Source of the DNA: an uncultured Faecalimonas sp.
GTDB taxonomy: Bacteria; Bacillota; Clostridia; Lachnospirales; Lachnospiraceae
Direction of reading: 5' to 3'
DNA: 57,483 nucleotides
Assembly: GCA_964604665.1 (NCBI GenBank)
Contig: CAZRZV010000003.1
Location: 1-57,483, forward strand
The notes below the pieces were generated by a model. That model was not told the origin of the DNA, did not search any database, and saw nothing but the letters and a program-made list of their open reading frames with translations. Each line of letters begins with the position of its first letter. Position 1 is the stretch's first letter. Below are positions 19,018 to 27,869 of the stretch, in pieces. The position numbers and the translations under genes are program-made.

Positions 19018-19494
19018 CTACATCCACAAGTTACTGGTGTAAGAACTGCTGCTGTCTGTAGATGCGCGGTGGACACATCTCACACGGTAATAGTATCCTT
19101 TATCGACCGTTTCACTCTTATCGACCGAAGCGAAGAATCCACTCGCCACGGTAGTTGTCCAGGAATTAAATCTCAACCAGCTTCCGCCAACTAGTCTTTC
19201 CAGAATTGCATTGGTGGATACACGGCATTTAATTGCCGCAGTGGTAGTACCGCCTGCGCCTACCTTTGTGGAGGATATCTTATTAATGACGGAATATCCT
19301 TCCAACAAATAAATTCCATAAGTTCCTGCGCCTGCCTGTCCAGCCAAGGCATCTACCGCCTTGTGCGCAGAATAGTTTTCATTCACTTCCGTATCATTAT
19401 TGATGTCTTCTGCCTTCACTTCATATCCGAAGCCATACAGACAAGTGACACACAGCGCTATTGCCAGAAACAGCGCTAAAAATCTTTGTTTCAT
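19018..19494 (-). CDS. Secreted beta-rich protein, DUF6147-like
   Basis: Signal peptide MKQRFLALFLAIALCVTCLYGFGYEVKA|; C-terminal VDKGYYYRVRCVH; RBS GAGGAAGG before ATG 19494. Confidence 0.7.
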   Translation of the reverse strand: MKQRFLALFLAIALCVTCLYGFGYEVKAEDINNDTEVNENYSAHKAVDALAGQAGAGTYGIYLLEGYSVINKISSTKVGAGGTTTAAIKCRVSTNAILERLVGGSWLRFNSWTTTVASGFFASVDKSETVDKGYYYRVRCVHRASTDSSSSYTSNLWM

Positions 19495-19523
19495 AACTAC
19501 CTTCCTCATTTCCTTTATATATA

Positions 19524-19551
19524 AAACACCATACGTGAGAAAATCTGACGC
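19524..19551 (-). promoter_or_regulatory. Putative ECF promoter, copy 1
   Basis: GCGTCAGA-N14-GTGTTT between the anti-sigma stop and the secreted-protein RBS. Confidence 0.65.
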
Positions 19552-19555
19552 TTTT

Positions 19556-20383
19556 TTACAAAAAATACAAATTTTCTACAATCTCATGAACTTCCGATTC
19601 CGTGGTATCACATATGATCATAAAGTAAGATACATCCAGATACTCAAACTGGATTTCCCATCTGCTCTCCTCTTTTTCCACCAGAAATTCCCGAATATAA
19701 ATTGTCGTATACTCATTTTCCATGGAATATTCCCGTATCAAATCGTCCTCCACATCTTTTCCGATGGAACTACTTCTGTAATTCGGTCTTATGTAGTATG
19801 TCATTTTTGCTTTCTCGCCCTGTCCATATACTAACAATGCACTCTGTATTTCGTCATTAATTTCTGCATCCAGCAATTCCACGTCTTTTGGAAGATAGTC
19901 CAAACGAACCGGTTTAAACCCGAACTTCTCTTCGATTTCCTGATAGACCTCTTCTTCGCTAGATGTCATCGGTGGTGTTACGTTTTCGTCCTGAGAGTCC
20001 ACATTTACCTGTGGGCGACCCCAGAGAGCAGATTTTCTTCTGTCAAACAGTTTCTTCGGCACTCCCATACTGGTCATGCCAAATGCCAACAGGCATACCA
20101 CGGCAGCCGCCAGCACCCAATACTTCCTTGCCTTGCGCTTTCTTTTGTATAGTTTTCCGAGACGAATCAATTCCTGTTCCTGTGCACTGCGCTCTTCTTC
20201 CTGCTTCGTTTTAGCTTTTGCTTCTTCGAGCTCATGTATTTTGGCAAAAACTTTCTCCTGCATCTCGGGCGGCGCGGTCAGATTTGCAACCTCAGGATTA
20301 CTGTTCACTTCATCCATGAAACTCTGCGCCTCTTTGATTAACTTTGCTTCCTCTTCCGTTCGTTTCTTTTTTAAATCGCGCAT
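19556..20383 (-). CDS. Putative single-pass anti-sigma factor, DUF4367-like extracellular domain
   Basis: Charged helical N-terminus, KRKRKARK followed by a TM helix, then LDYLPKD and a beta-rich C-terminal domain; near an ECF sigma. Confidence 0.72.
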   Translation of the reverse strand: MRDLKKKRTEEEAKLIKEAQSFMDEVNSNPEVANLTAPPEMQEKVFAKIHELEEAKAKTKQEEERSAQEQELIRLGKLYKRKRKARKYWVLAAAVVCLLAFGMTSMGVPKKLFDRRKSALWGRPQVNVDSQDENVTPPMTSSEEEVYQEIEEKFGFKPVRLDYLPKDVELLDAEINDEIQSALLVYGQGEKAKMTYYIRPNYRSSSIGKDVEDDLIREYSMENEYTTIYIREFLVEKEESRWEIQFEYLDVSYFMIICDTTESEVHEIVENLYFL

Positions 20384-20495
20384 AAATGTCTCCTTTTTTA
20401 TTTCTGTACAATTTCATTCCTCTTGACCTTTACGGGAATACTATTTAATATAATAAAATAAGATAAATAAATTCCAGCAACATTGGAGGAGCACT

Positions 20496-21563
20496 ATGAA
20501 ACGTATTATTTTAACCGGCGGCGGTACTGCCGGCCATGTTACACCAAATATCGCTCTCTTGCCTCGCTTAAAAGAACTTGGATACGACATTCACTATGTT
20601 GGTTCTTATACAGGCATTGAGAAAGAACTGATTGAACAGTTTCACATCCCATACCACGGAATCTCTTCCGGGAAACTGCGTCGCTATTTCAGCATGCAGA
20701 ATTTTACCGACCCTTTCCGCGTACTAAAAGGATTTCGTGAAGCCAATAAACTAATCAAAACACTAAAGCCTGATGTCATCTTTTCCAAAGGTGGATTTGT
20801 ATCCGTCCCTGTAGTAATCGCAGGAAAAAGATGTCATGTACCGACGATTATTCATGAATCCGATATGACTCCGGGATTGGCAAACAAATTAGCTATTCCG
20901 TCTGCCACAAAAGTTTGTTGCAACTTTCCTGAAACACTCGGGCATCTTCCGGAAGAAAAGGCTGTGCTCACAGGTTCTCCGATTCGCCAGGAACTCTTAT
21001 CCGGCAATCGTGAAGCAGCACGAAAACTCTGTGGCTTCACTTCAGACAAACCGGTTATCCTGATTATCGGCGGAAGTCTCGGTTCGGTTGCAGTCAATAA
21101 TGCAGTTCGTGCTATTCTTCCTCAGATTCTGAAAGATTTTCAAGTCATTCATCTGTGCGGTAAAGGTAAGACCGACAGCGCTTTAGAGCACTTGAAAGGC
21201 TACGTACAATTTGAATATATCAAGCAAGAGCTGAAAGATTTATTTGCACTGACTGACATTGTAATTTCAAGAGCCGGTGCCAATGCCATCTGTGAATTGG
21301 TTGCCCTTCGCAAGCCAAATCTGCTAATTCCGCTTTCTGCCAATGCAAGCCGCGGAGATCAGATTTTAAACGCCCGTTCCTTTGAACGACAAGGTTTCAG
21401 TATCGTTCTTGAGGAAGAAGAATTAGACAATCAGGTGCTTTTGGATGCCATTCACAAACTGTACACCGAGAGGGACACCTACATAACTGCTATGAAGGAG
21501 TCATCTCATCAAAATTCCATTGACACGATTATCGGATTAATCGAAGATGTCACTCGTTCCTAA
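20496..21563 (+). CDS. murG: Lipid II GlcNAc transferase MurG
   Basis: TGGGTAGHV, KGGFVSVP, HESD, GGSLGS, ISRAGA, DQILNA. Confidence 0.92.
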   Translation: MKRIILTGGGTAGHVTPNIALLPRLKELGYDIHYVGSYTGIEKELIEQFHIPYHGISSGKLRRYFSMQNFTDPFRVLKGFREANKLIKTLKPDVIFSKGGFVSVPVVIAGKRCHVPTIIHESDMTPGLANKLAIPSATKVCCNFPETLGHLPEEKAVLTGSPIRQELLSGNREAARKLCGFTSDKPVILIIGGSLGSVAVNNAVRAILPQILKDFQVIHLCGKGKTDSALEHLKGYVQFEYIKQELKDLFALTDIVISRAGANAICELVALRKPNLLIPLSANASRGDQILNARSFERQGFSIVLEEEELDNQVLLDAIHKLYTERDTYITAMKESSHQNSIDTIIGLIEDVTRS

Positions 21564-21579
21564 ATGTTTTTAAAGATTA

Positions 21580-21611
21580 CAAAAAGGTGTCGTTTCGGCA
21601 CCTTTTCTTTT
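21580..21611. terminator. Bidirectional terminator between murG and the sigma gene
   Basis: AAAAAGGTGTCG-TTT-CGGCACCTTTT. Confidence 0.75.
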
Positions 21612-21615
21612 CATA

Positions 21616-22173
21616 CTAGGCCTTATCTGTGAGTTTCTTAAATTCATTTCCATAATTCTTACGTATCCACATTTTCGCCCTGTGTAATCTGCTATATAAA
21701 ACTTCTTTTGTTATTCCCAAATTTTCAGCCACTGCGTCATGATTCATGTCTTTGAAAAATATCATATTGATTACTTCATACCAATTTTCATGATTTTCTT
21801 TCAAATCTGCAAGAATCTCCGACGTAAATTCTCCCACCATATTTCTTCTGATTTCCTCGAAATATTGTTCTTCCACGCTTTCTCCAATTGGTTCTTCTAT
21901 CTGAACATCCTCGTCATCCGTTGATGTCTGCTCCTTCTTGGTATCACGATAATAGTTATACATCAAATTTCTTGCGGAACGAATAATATATGCTTTGGCA
22001 TACTCCATATCCAATGTATCAATGCGTTCATAGAAATTAACAAAAGCCTGTTGCGCTATTTCCTGCGCCAAATCATCGTCCGCGGTCAAATGCCGACACA
22101 CGCGATATACCTCGTTTGCACAAGACTTGTAGATCTTCTCAAACCTTTCCTCTTTTGTTAGCTTGTTATCCAC
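21616..22173 (-). CDS. ECF-type RNA polymerase sigma-70 factor
   Basis: Region 2 (LAQEIAQQAF...ARNLMYNYYR) and region 4 (VAENLGITKEVLYSRLHRAK); 185 aa. Confidence 0.9.
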   Translation of the reverse strand: MDNKLTKEERFEKIYKSCANEVYRVCRHLTADDDLAQEIAQQAFVNFYERIDTLDMEYAKAYIIRSARNLMYNYYRDTKKEQTSTDDEDVQIEEPIGESVEEQYFEEIRRNMVGEFTSEILADLKENHENWYEVINMIFFKDMNHDAVAENLGITKEVLYSRLHRAKMWIRKNYGNEFKKLTDKA

Positions 22174-22184
22174 AATAATATCCC

Positions 22185-22589
22185 CTAGATTTTTGTCAAT
22201 ATTTCTTCTTTCACTTCGTCTGTTAATTTTCCTAACTTCCAGCCAATTTTCACATCATCTTCTTTGTAGCGCGGTATCAGGTGCATGTGAAAGTGAAATA
22301 CGCTCTGTCCCGCTGCCGTACCATTGTTCTGCAAAACATTATAACCCTCACAGCCAAGAATTTCTGTTAACTTCGTAACCATTTTTTTCGCAAGCACGAG
22401 TGCTTTTGCCGCCAATTCATCATCCAATTCATAGAGATTTGCATAATGCTCTTTTGGCAGAATCAGTGCGTGCCCCTTTGATGCCGGTTCAATGTCCAAA
22501 ATCACTCTGAAGTCCTCGTCTTCATAAAGTGTAGCCGACGGAATCTCACCTGCTGCAATCTTACAAAAAATACAATTTTCATCCTTCAT
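22185..22589 (-). CDS. HIT family protein
   Basis: CIFCKI, GHALILPK, HFHMH triad. Confidence 0.93.
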   Translation of the reverse strand: MKDENCIFCKIAAGEIPSATLYEDEDFRVILDIEPASKGHALILPKEHYANLYELDDELAAKALVLAKKMVTKLTEILGCEGYNVLQNNGTAAGQSVFHFHMHLIPRYKEDDVKIGWKLGKLTDEVKEEILTKI

Positions 22590-22724
22590 ACGGATACCTC
22601 CTATCATCTTACATGCTTATTTTATATGACTCCATATAATCATTGATTTCTCACATGAATACTAAAATAGTATTTGAATTAAACTCTGCATAATGATACA
22701 CTTCTGCTGAAAGGTGGTATTATT

Positions 22725-23381
22725 ATGACATTTAATAAAGATGTAGAATTCTTACTCAGTAAATTTTCACATGAAATTCGCAATCCTCTCACAACTTTAT
22801 ATAGTACATTTCAACTAATTGAAATGCAACATCCGGAAGTAAAAGAATATAAACACTGGTCCAGCTTGTCCTATGACATAGAATATATGCAACAACTTCT
22901 GGACGAATTTTCTACATTTTCAAAATCCGAGAGATTAAACCTTACAACAATTGAGCTCTGTCCGTTTTTGAAGCATATATCCCTGTCTTTTGCATCTTCC
23001 ATTGCACATACACAGGTGGAATATACTTCCAAAATTGACTCCTCTTTGTCTCAGATTACAGGAGATAAAACAAAATTACAAGAAGTATTTTTGAATCTGT
23101 TGAAAAATGCTTTCGAGGCATCACAGCCAAATCACACCATTACTCTCACTGCCTGCAAAGTGGAAGGGAATGCTTTGATTACCATTTCTGACACCGGTTG
23201 TGGCATTACTGCCGAGCAGCTTCCGACAATCTTTGAGCCTTTTGTTACATATAAAGAAGGCGGTACAGGACTTGGTCTTGCTATCTGCAAACAGATTATA
23301 GAGGCACATGGTGGCACCATTACCGTAGAATCACAGGTTGGTGTCGGAACGACGTTTTGTATAACGCTGAAAGCAGAGTAG
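22725..23381 (+). CDS. Orphan histidine kinase, HisKA + HATPase only
   Basis: SHEIRNPL at residues ~15-22, NLLKNA, DTGCG, FEPF, GTGLGL; no TM or sensor domain. Confidence 0.88.
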   Translation: MTFNKDVEFLLSKFSHEIRNPLTTLYSTFQLIEMQHPEVKEYKHWSSLSYDIEYMQQLLDEFSTFSKSERLNLTTIELCPFLKHISLSFASSIAHTQVEYTSKIDSSLSQITGDKTKLQEVFLNLLKNAFEASQPNHTITLTACKVEGNALITISDTGCGITAEQLPTIFEPFVTYKEGGTGLGLAICKQIIEAHGGTITVESQVGVGTTFCITLKAE

Positions 23382-23942
23382 GAGCGTAATCAAAAATCCG
23401 CATACTAACCCTCCAATGTGTGCATAGTTATCAATGCCTTCATTTACAAAACCATTATACAAATTCAGAACAATGATAAGAAGTACAGATTGTCTTGTAA
23501 TACCGGCAACCTGTCCATGATTCAAAAGCGTAAGTCCAAGGAGCGCTCCGGTTATTCCAAAAATGGCGCCGGATGCTCCTGCTGAAACCGCAAATTCCCC
23601 GCTTTGTAATTCTGCCATGACTGACAGGATGTTTCCACCCAATCCGCTCACCAAATAAATGATTGCAAATCTCCACTTGCCGACAAGTGGTTCTACGTAA
23701 CTTCCCACAACACAGAGCGTAACCATATTACTAAATAAATGGTCAAAACCAAAATGTAAAAACATGCTGGTAAAAATTCTATAATACTCTTCTTTTTCTA
23801 TAAAATACGGAACAAACATCGCTCCATTCTCAGCCATATACAGGGCGTCCTCTGTCCTTCCGCCCATAGACAGGTAGAAAAACACCAGAACATTTACAAC
23901 TGCGATTGAAATAGTAAGCACCGGCTTCTTTTGACTTCTCAT
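23331..23942 (-). CDS. Rhomboid family intramembrane serine protease
   Basis: YYR...FLH...HLFSN, GASG, AHIGG. Confidence 0.92.
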   Translation of the reverse strand: MRSQKKPVLTISIAVVNVLVFFYLSMGGRTEDALYMAENGAMFVPYFIEKEEYYRIFTSMFLHFGFDHLFSNMVTLCVVGSYVEPLVGKWRFAIIYLVSGLGGNILSVMAELQSGEFAVSAGASGAIFGITGALLGLTLLNHGQVAGITRQSVLLIIVLNLYNGFVNEGIDNYAHIGGLVCGFLITLLLCFQRYTKRRSDTNL

Positions 23943-23993
23943 AATAACTCTCCAACAAATAATATATATTATTATAGAGATATTTTATGCAAA

Positions 23994-24695
23994 TTACAAG
24001 TCACTGTCATCTGGGCAAATCTCATCCCATTCATCTTTTTCTTTTCTGTGCTTTTCAAAAAGCTTTCGCACGGGTCTCCAAAACTCTCTCTTTTCTGCAA
24101 TTTCTGTTTCCTCATCTACTCTCTCCGAAATTCTCTCATCGTATCTTGCAATTGGAATTTCCTTTTCACAAACGACCTCGTCCATTATCTTTTCAATACT
24201 GTAATTATCTTCCATAGAGGATTTGTGGAGTGTATATGCCAAATGAATTCCTTCCTTATCTCTGTAATCCACTTCCCGTACCAAAAACTCCGTTAATTTG
24301 TGAAACTCCTCCGTCAGTTCCAAGTCGCACAATGGATAATAACAAAAGAAATACTTCTCCTCATCACAGAAAATGTATTCCGGAGACAGCAAGATACCAT
24401 AAGGCTCCAACATAAACTTCGGTAGTTCCTGTAACAAGTCCAATAACGCCTGTATAAGCCTCTCAATATCTTCATTGCTCATTTTTCTCTTTTCATATTT
24501 CGTCTGCAATGACATTTTCCCGCTGATATCATATCGATACAAACTTTTTTGGTCTATATACTTGACGCTCATTTGCAGTAATCCCTGTATCTCATTTGCC
24601 TGCAACATAAAAGTTTGAAAATCATCCTCTTTTGTTTCTTCACCTTCCAGTACCAAAAGGGCCTGTTTTAAATCATTTTTCAAATAAGCATTCAA
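23994..24695 (-). CDS. DUF6382-like Tad-associated protein without FHA domain
   Basis: FMLQAN.I.GLL...YDISGK.SL...LLSPEYIF...FCYYP...LTEFLV..VDY; TTG start overlaps the upstream TGA. Confidence 0.7.
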   Translation of the reverse strand: MNAYLKNDLKQALLVLEGEETKEDDFQTFMLQANEIQGLLQMSVKYIDQKSLYRYDISGKMSLQTKYEKRKMSNEDIERLIQALLDLLQELPKFMLEPYGILLSPEYIFCDEEKYFFCYYPLCDLELTEEFHKLTEFLVREVDYRDKEGIHLAYTLHKSSMEDNYSIEKIMDEVVCEKEIPIARYDERISERVDEETEIAEKREFWRPVRKLFEKHRKEKDEWDEICPDDSDL

Positions 24696-25096
24696 TTTCC
24701 TTTCGCTCCTTCTATCATCTGATGTATTCTCCGAAGTCTCCATATATAGTTCTCCGGATCTGTCTTTCTCATTTTTTGCCTGATATTTAATAACATTTGA
24801 TTCTTTTTTGCACTGCACGTGATGGAAATCTCCGTATCAGAAATTTCCACTTCCGAACAAATATTTTCAAATAGAAACATTTTCTTTCCTATGCGTTTTT
24901 CTATATAACGCCTTACTTCATGCGTTTCGATTTCTTCTTTCCCACAGTTCATCACCAATGCCTCATGTGTGATTGCCGATACCACATTTTTATCATGATA
25001 ATAAAACAACAACGTCATAATCATGTAAAATACCATAAGAATCAGCGGTACAACCACTGCCGCCTCGATTGTAATGGTTCCGTTTTTCTTTTTCAA
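24692..25096 (-). CDS. TadE-family minor pilin
   Basis: KNG|TITIEAA prepilin site (E+5) followed by a hydrophobic helix; TTG start coupled to the A24 stop. Confidence 0.8.
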   Translation of the reverse strand: MKKKNGTITIEAAVVVPLILMVFYMIMTLLFYYHDKNVVSAITHEALVMNCGKEEIETHEVRRYIEKRIGKKMFLFENICSEVEISDTEISITCSAKKNQMLLNIRQKMRKTDPENYIWRLRRIHQMIEGAKGN

Positions 25097-25515
25097 AGAA
25101 ACACCACCCCCATATATGCCATTGCCAAAAACGGTACAAATGGCAGAGTATGACCTTTTCTCCACCCGTTTTTCATACAATAAAACAGTGAAAAAATACC
25201 GCACAAAACCGTCGCTGTAAAAACTATTTGCAACGTATCTATTGCGCCTGCAAAAATACCTAAAATCAAAATCAGCCAACTGTCTCCATAACCCACCGCC
25301 TCTTTACTGCATTTACTAATGATAAAAAACAGCAGTCCGACCCCAATTCCACCGACTGTATACCACCATGATTCTGTCCACACAAATAAGCGCAGCAAAG
25401 CCACCGCAAATGTCGTCCCAAGCAAAAGCGCTCCGGATATTTGTTTCGATTTCCAATCCTGATATCCCATGAACAATAGCAGTACCAACATGAGAATTTC
25501 TGCTACTTTACACAT
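25093..25515 (-). CDS. Prepilin peptidase, A24 family (TadV/CpaA-like)
   Basis: QDWKSKQI, VGYGD, LPFVPFL. Confidence 0.88.
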   Translation of the reverse strand: MCKVAEILMLVLLLFMGYQDWKSKQISGALLLGTTFAVALLRLFVWTESWWYTVGGIGVGLLFFIISKCSKEAVGYGDSWLILILGIFAGAIDTLQIVFTATVLCGIFSLFYCMKNGWRKGHTLPFVPFLAMAYMGVVFL

Positions 25516-26381
25516 TTTGAACAACCTCCTAAGCCGTACACATCCTCAATGGGTACGGCATACATGTTTCTCTTGATTTTGGAACACTCCAACGAATAGT
25601 GGTATTTATTTCCATAGTCAGTGACATAAACCTCTGATGAATTTCTCAAAGAATCTTTGCAGGCATGGCACTCTTTGTATTTCTCTCCATTTTTATTTCG
25701 CAACTCTTTTATCTCTTTTTCATCCGCCTCTTTTACAGATAAATCCAAATAGCCGCAATTCGGGTCCGAATGATAGACAATCCCATATTCCGTTACGTAC
25801 ACTATTTCATTTCCTACACTGCCAACAGCCTGTCCCTCCTTGCCTGTCCAGCCCTTTACCCGGATTGTTTCCTCTTTTGGAAGAATCGGAATCCGAAACA
25901 TTGCTATGGGAATTTCTATTTGATAACGCACCTGTAAATCCATAATTGTACTGTTTCCATATCGCCTCGAACCGTCACAATTTAGTCCCGTACTGCCACC
26001 CACAATAAGACTGTCGTCCAACCTTTCTTCCCCGATTAATTCTGTCAGTCTCTTCTCCATTGTCGTAGCAGAAATCTTGGCACTCACATAACTTTCCTCT
26101 GCCATTTCCTTGGACACTGCATACAATGCACTTTTGATATTTACCTGTAATGCCATGATTTCAAACAAATATACCAAGCAGAGAACTGCAAAAAAGAAAA
26201 AGCCTATCGCCAGCGATGCCTCCACTGTAATACTTCCCTGCGAGGCAGATGAAGATGTCCTTTCTTTGAGAGTTAGGGAGATTTTCCTGAAATGATGTGC
26301 TAAAAAAGAGCCGTTCTCCTTTCTTTGCATTGTTTGATGTGGTTGATTGTTTTGTTTTTGATTCTGAAAGGACATCTTCAT
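25503..26381 (-). CDS. TadE-like minor pilin with tandem Cys/His motifs
   Basis: QG|SITVEAS plus TM; C-terminal VYVTEYGIVYH...C...CHAC and VYVTDYGNKYH...C...CSKC. Confidence 0.8.
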   Translation of the reverse strand: MKMSFQNQKQNNQPHQTMQRKENGSFLAHHFRKISLTLKERTSSSASQGSITVEASLAIGFFFFAVLCLVYLFEIMALQVNIKSALYAVSKEMAEESYVSAKISATTMEKRLTELIGEERLDDSLIVGGSTGLNCDGSRRYGNSTIMDLQVRYQIEIPIAMFRIPILPKEETIRVKGWTGKEGQAVGSVGNEIVYVTEYGIVYHSDPNCGYLDLSVKEADEKEIKELRNKNGEKYKECHACKDSLRNSSEVYVTDYGNKYHYSLECSKIKRNMYAVPIEDVYGLGGCSKCVK

Positions 26382-26396
26382 CCACCCCGCTTTCTC

Positions 26397-27689
26397 TTAT
26401 TGATAATGATATTCCGTAATAAATGTATCTCTTATGTTCCTTCTCATTTCACTTGTACTTTCTATTTGAATATCCGTAACACAGTTGTCAACCCGAAGTC
26501 CAGTCTTCAGTTCTATCAAATCTAATGCTCTCATTGCCAACGTCTCTTTTTGTTCCATGTAGAGAAATACTTTGATATAATCTCCGTAATTCATTCCATT
26601 CTTTTCCGATTGCTGTATCGTACTTTCCTCTGTTACGCCGAGCATTAATACATCTTTCAAACTCAATTGCCATGTATCTTTTGTTTTTATGGTTGCAACT
26701 CTGTTTCCCTGTGCAAGTACACGTAAGTCCTGTACACTCTCACCGTATGCCCATGCAAACAAGAGTGCCTGTTTTACTATCTCTGCCGCTTCGGGAGCTG
26801 CCAATGCAGTACATAAACTATATGCCAGCGTCTCTGCTTCCGACTGTTTTTCATAATCCGTCAATAAATATGTACAATTTACTCCCATTCGGACTGTAAA
26901 AATCTTGCAAAATGTCACTTCCAAATTCTCCCGGTCCGTCTCATGTCCGGCCAAAATATATTCCATTTCATAAAGCAATGCATTATCTGAAGCATGATTT
27001 GTATAGTTCTCAAAATGATTTGCCAAGTATTCTGTAAACAAATATGTTTCTGCAAGTCCTTGTTTGGAGCTTGTCAAATAATCTGACGTCCCTTCTCGCA
27101 AAGTTCTATGCGACGGCAATTTATTTGTATCCACACGGCAATCGGAAACTTTTTCCGTGTCCTGTAAAATCACAGATAAAAAGTCTGCTTTCTTTATCCC
27201 CTTTATCGTCTCCAGTGGATTGTTTTCATTCGGAAGCGTATGTTCTTCTTCCGCCAAAAGATTCTCTAACTTATCATGGATAACTTGTTCTTTTGTTTCC
27301 CATTCTGTTTCCTCAACCATTTTTACCTGGAACGGATCTCCACCCATGGATTGAACGGCTTGCTCAAAAAATGCCTGCCCCTTTGCATCCGACAGAAAAC
27401 GCACTTTTTGAATGTCATGTTCCACGTTTTTGGCTCCGTAAAACTGCAGTCTTTCAGACAGTCTCTGCTCATCCATGTCCGATATTACAAATATGTCATA
27501 TTCCTCTAACATCTTTCTTTCGTACTCCGCAAACACACTTTCCAACGCCAATTTCGTATCTGTACGCTTCATACTTTTGTTAATATAAATGGACGCACTT
27601 TGCACCATACTGCCTATGAACGATAAAATCAAAAGAAATATGAGACTTAAAAAAACCGTAATTTGCCCTTTAAATGCCCGTTGCTTCAC
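26397..27689 (-). CDS. DUF5702-like pilin-type (TadG-like) protein
   Basis: KG|QITVFLSL plus TM; SVFAEY, YEMEYILAG, WAYGES, YGDY. Confidence 0.75.
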   Translation of the reverse strand: MKQRAFKGQITVFLSLIFLLILSFIGSMVQSASIYINKSMKRTDTKLALESVFAEYERKMLEEYDIFVISDMDEQRLSERLQFYGAKNVEHDIQKVRFLSDAKGQAFFEQAVQSMGGDPFQVKMVEETEWETKEQVIHDKLENLLAEEEHTLPNENNPLETIKGIKKADFLSVILQDTEKVSDCRVDTNKLPSHRTLREGTSDYLTSSKQGLAETYLFTEYLANHFENYTNHASDNALLYEMEYILAGHETDRENLEVTFCKIFTVRMGVNCTYLLTDYEKQSEAETLAYSLCTALAAPEAAEIVKQALLFAWAYGESVQDLRVLAQGNRVATIKTKDTWQLSLKDVLMLGVTEESTIQQSEKNGMNYGDYIKVFLYMEQKETLAMRALDLIELKTGLRVDNCVTDIQIESTSEMRRNIRDTFITEYHYQ

Positions 27690-27858
27690 TTACAATCCTC
27701 GCAAAAATTCTTCTTACCAATCCTGTTAGCTGCGTTTTAAAAATTGCTACCAGTGCAATCAATACTACCAAAACCAAAATAATTTCTACCGTAGCAGATC
27801 CTCTGGTCTGTTTTTCTTTCCAATGTGTCCAACATCTTCTCATTCTGTAAATTAACAT
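27670..27858 (-). CDS. Flp1-like type IVb major pilin
   Basis: 62 aa; RG|SATVEIILVLVVLIALVAIFK (E+5). Confidence 0.85.
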   Translation of the reverse strand: MLIYRMRRCWTHWKEKQTRGSATVEIILVLVVLIALVAIFKTQLTGLVRRIFARIVSEATGI

Positions 27859-27869
27859 TCTTTTCCCTC

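Noticed and set aside
22166-22174. Single perfect DnaA box over the ECF sigma start codon
   Set aside because: Isolated, and explained by the coding sequence (t-GTG-GAT-AA)
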